A DNA stretch of 64,000 nt from Eledone cirrhosa. Taxonomy: Eukaryota. The position numbers and the translations under genes were made by a program. Positions 60,519 through 64,000 of this stretch are shown here, in pieces (position 1 is the stretch's first letter; every line of letters begins with the position of its first letter). The notes under the pieces are model-generated. The model saw only the letters and a program-made list of their open reading frames with translations, searched no databases and had not been told where the DNA came from. The stretch covers positions 31,682,001 to 31,746,000 of the forward strand of contig OZ024741.1 in assembly GCA_964016885.1 (NCBI GenBank). Direction: 5' to 3'.

Positions 60519-61099
60519 ATCAGAGGCTATGGACACGTAGCGACTGTATATTTACCCATTTACCGTGTACTAAGCGCACTAACACTGCCAGCCAACACCA
60601 AAGCACGCTTCCCGCACGTATAGGTCGCAGTCCCCAAATCTGCCAACATTCCCAACGTGAGAGGCTATGTCTGCTGACTGGGACACAACGCATGAACAAT
60701 CTTCCTGGGACACAACGCACGAACAGAAAAGGGGCTTCATGCCAACCCACAAACCACAATAAAGCCACCCCTGCTGCGGTAATGCTGCTCCAGTCTCCCC
60801 ACAAAGACATGATTACAACAACAAAAAGCAACAAAAGTAACGCTGATCCAGTCTTTTCACAAATACAACAACCAGAACAAAAGAGGGAACTGCAACTCTA
60901 TCCATTGTTGTAACCACAAATCCAATCAAAAACTGCTCCCTGAACAACGAAAAATAAAGCCTTTCTTTTTTTAGCCATGAACCTGGCAAAAGAGATAGAG
61001 AAAAACATCTTAGCCATCACCCAACACCATCCTTGCTGTCACTAATACACAATCACAAAACAAGCCGCCTGCAACACTCAAAACCAGCCACCACACTAT

Positions 61100-63200
61100 C
61101 CCCCACATTCTTACTCAATACACAAGGTATCAGCCCTTCCATCAATGCACAGAAATGGAAGATCCAATTCATTGAGCATTTTGTTGGTAACCATCCATTT
61201 CACATCCCTTCTTCATTCTTACTGAGACCCACCTTGACAACTCCCACTTGGATGCCGAAGTAAGAGTGAGAAATTTCACAACCATCCGTGCGGATCGTGT
61301 TGGCAGAAGGAAGGGTGGAACTGCCATTTTCCTGCATGATTCCTTTACGGCAGATGGCAACACAACATTCTCTAATGGATACTGTGAATCAGTTACTGTG
61401 CACAATAAAGCCAAGGACCTGACATTAGTTGGGCTCTATAGGCCACCACAAACACCCATAATCTGCTTCAAAGAATGCGTCAACAGTATTAAATGCTTTA
61501 TTAAACAGTGCCATTCTAGCAACATACTTCTGATGGGAGACTTTAATCTACCCTGTGTCGATTGGTCTACATGTAGTTTGAAACCAGGCTCCACAGCCTC
61601 AACCACTGACAAAGAGGCTGTTGAGTCACTTCTTGACTTCATGAATGAGTTTTTCTTGTCCCAACTTGTCCTTGTACCAACGAGGCATCAGAAGAACATT
61701 CTGGATCTAGTGTTTAGTAACCACACTAACACTATACATAATACTACATTGGAAAAAACACTTCTCTCAGACCATGACATGGTTCTTTGTAACCTGAGAT
61801 TCCACCAGCCGAAAGCTAATTCCAGGGTCCTCTCTCTAGCCCACACATTTGATAACATGGATCTCTACAATGCCAACTGGGATGTAATTATGAACGAACT
61901 ATCACATGTCGACTGGTCTTTTACACACGCACACACTTCCACCAACATCAAAACATCTTGGCAGATCTTTGTAGACACTGTCACAAATATATGTACAAAA
62001 CACACCCCGCCAAATCCTGTGAACAAAACTAAGTGCAGTATCCCCCAAAATAGAAAAACAATTATCAGAAAAATAAAAAGAACAAACAAAAAAATTAACA
62101 CACTAAAATACTGCCAACAGCAACACACACATTCAATGGCTATCACCCTGCTTGAGTCAAACAAATATAACCTCCAGCAATGCATGATGACCATCATGAA
62201 TAACCAGAGAATAGCTGAAGAGAGTTGGGCCATTGAGAAAATCAAACTCAACTCCAAAGTGTTCTTCTCATTAGCTAAAAATCACAAGGTCACCGTCTCC
62301 ACTGTTGGCCCCCTAGTTGATGAAAATGACACACTCCAGGACAATGTCAAAACCATGGGCGAGATACTGCAGAAACAATACTGCTCTGTTTTCAGCAATC
62401 CTGATATAGCCGATCTGGGCCGTATCAGTGATGTTAACCCCCAACACACTATATCAGACATAATGTTTGGCGCCCTGATGTCTTAGCGGCAATAAACGAA
62501 ATTAAACACAATTCAGCAGTAGGCCCTGACAGGTTCCCTGCTTGTGTCCTGAAGGTGTTTCGACACCAACTTGCATCTCCTCTTGCTAATCTGTGGAGGA
62601 ACTCACTGGACAATGGCTATATTCCTGAAAACCTTCTGTCCCAGTCCGTTGTCCCAGTCTTCAAAAAGGGAAATAAGTCCCGTGCAGTGAACTACCGTCA
62701 GTTCTCACTCACCTCTCATATTATCAAGGTATTTGAGAGGGTGGTGAGACCACGAATAACTCACTTTCTTGAAAGTAACAGCCTGCTGAACTCCAACCAA
62801 CATGGATTCCGTAATGGAAGGGACTGCCTAACGCAGCTCCTGCATCACTTTCACAATGTTTTGAGAGCCTTGGCAGAGGGCTCCAACACTGATGTCATCT
62901 ACCTTGACTTCAGCAAGGCCTTCGACAGGGTTGATCATATGATTCTACTGAAAAAACTATCCAATGTTGGTGTTTCTGGAAGGTTACTACAGTAGATCAA
63001 ATGTTTCCTGACAGGCAGAACCCAGCATGTTGTAGTCGAAGGAGTAACATCAATCCCTGCCAAAGTCAGCAGTGGCGTCCCACAAGGCACTGTGTTGGGC
63101 CCACTTCTTTTCATCATCTATATTAATGACATTACTGACATCATCAAGCACAGCAACATCAGAATCTTCGCAGATGATTCCAAGCTCCAAAGGGTCACCA
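61100..63200 (+). pseudogene. Non-LTR retrotransposon ORF2 (APE endonuclease plus RT), CR1/L2-like, disrupted
   Basis: APE motifs GLYRPP, LMGDFNLP, ILDLVFS and SDHDMV. RT motifs PVFKKG..NYR, QHGFR, YLDFSKAFD, SGVPQGTVLGP and FADDSKL. Contains frameshifts and stops. Confidence 0.93.
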
Positions 63201-63434
63201 ATGAGGTGGGTGACCGGACTTGCTTTCAGTATAAAAACATAAAGAAATCCAAGTGATTTCAACTACTGAATCTGTATGTAAATCATATGTATGAACTAAC
63301 TTCTTTCTTTCACAAACATATGGACAGACATACAAACGGATAGACACAGAAATGACGGCCAAATATTCCTCAAATAACGCCATGTTAGAAAATGTCATAC
63401 ACACACACACCGACGCACGCGCTCACACACGCAG

Positions 63435-63548
<114 letters not shown>

Positions 63549-64000
63549 GCAGTCCGTGTTTGGAATATTTAGTATTATCAACTGTATGAGTTTATTCTAG
63601 CATCCGTGTGGTATTAACATAGTCCACAGAATAGTATATATCAAAAATGTGGTGAGATATATTATAGTTTAATAGGTGTTTATTTACATGGCACGTAATT
63701 TTGTTTTTTTTGAAAAGTCAATTGCAACTGCATAACCTTACCTACTGTTATATAACTCTTTAGCTTGACACCGAAACAATTCACTCATCAGATGATTGCG
63801 TGCATACTTATAGTTCAACTCTATATTCATGGAATATGTAGGCGTAATTAATAATAAAAGTGAGATAATCTTAAACTGTAGACATGCATTGAAGCAGTAG
63901 TTTCTGCTCCAAATATTTACCTAATTGAAGTACGGTAACAATGCATTAAAATTCCTGTAGCAACAGTAACGCTTATCACATATTGGATAGAATTAAGGTT

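Noticed and set aside
63221-63280. Apparent acceptor/donor pair (TTTCAG...GTATGT)
   Set aside because: There are stop codons in all three frames.

Overview
AT-rich eukaryotic (animal) repeat-dominated DNA. The SINE types and dense (TA)n/(CA)n tracts suggest a cephalopod such as Octopus (inference). No host protein-coding gene can be supported, and most ORFs in the track are microsatellite artefacts. Recognisable parts are an internally deleted Helitron (PIF1 helicase, both termini), several Penelope-like retroelement (PLE) RT/GIY-YIG relics, an APE-RT LINE (CR1/L2-like), tRNA-derived SINEs, a Mariner-type MITE, a 46-bp minisatellite and many fold-back palindromes. The main hidden signal, found by reading both strands by eye, is about 35 intact or degenerate type I hammerhead ribozyme (HHR) motifs from many unrelated families. 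Several lie in short non-coding units repeated head-to-tail (periods 466, 541 and 595 nt), i.e. retrozyme-like elements. At least five sequence contexts use the rare U3-A8 covariant core (UUGANAA). In several elements the repeat or inversion boundaries fall at the predicted self-cleavage site. All structures were folded by eye and none was computed or tested.
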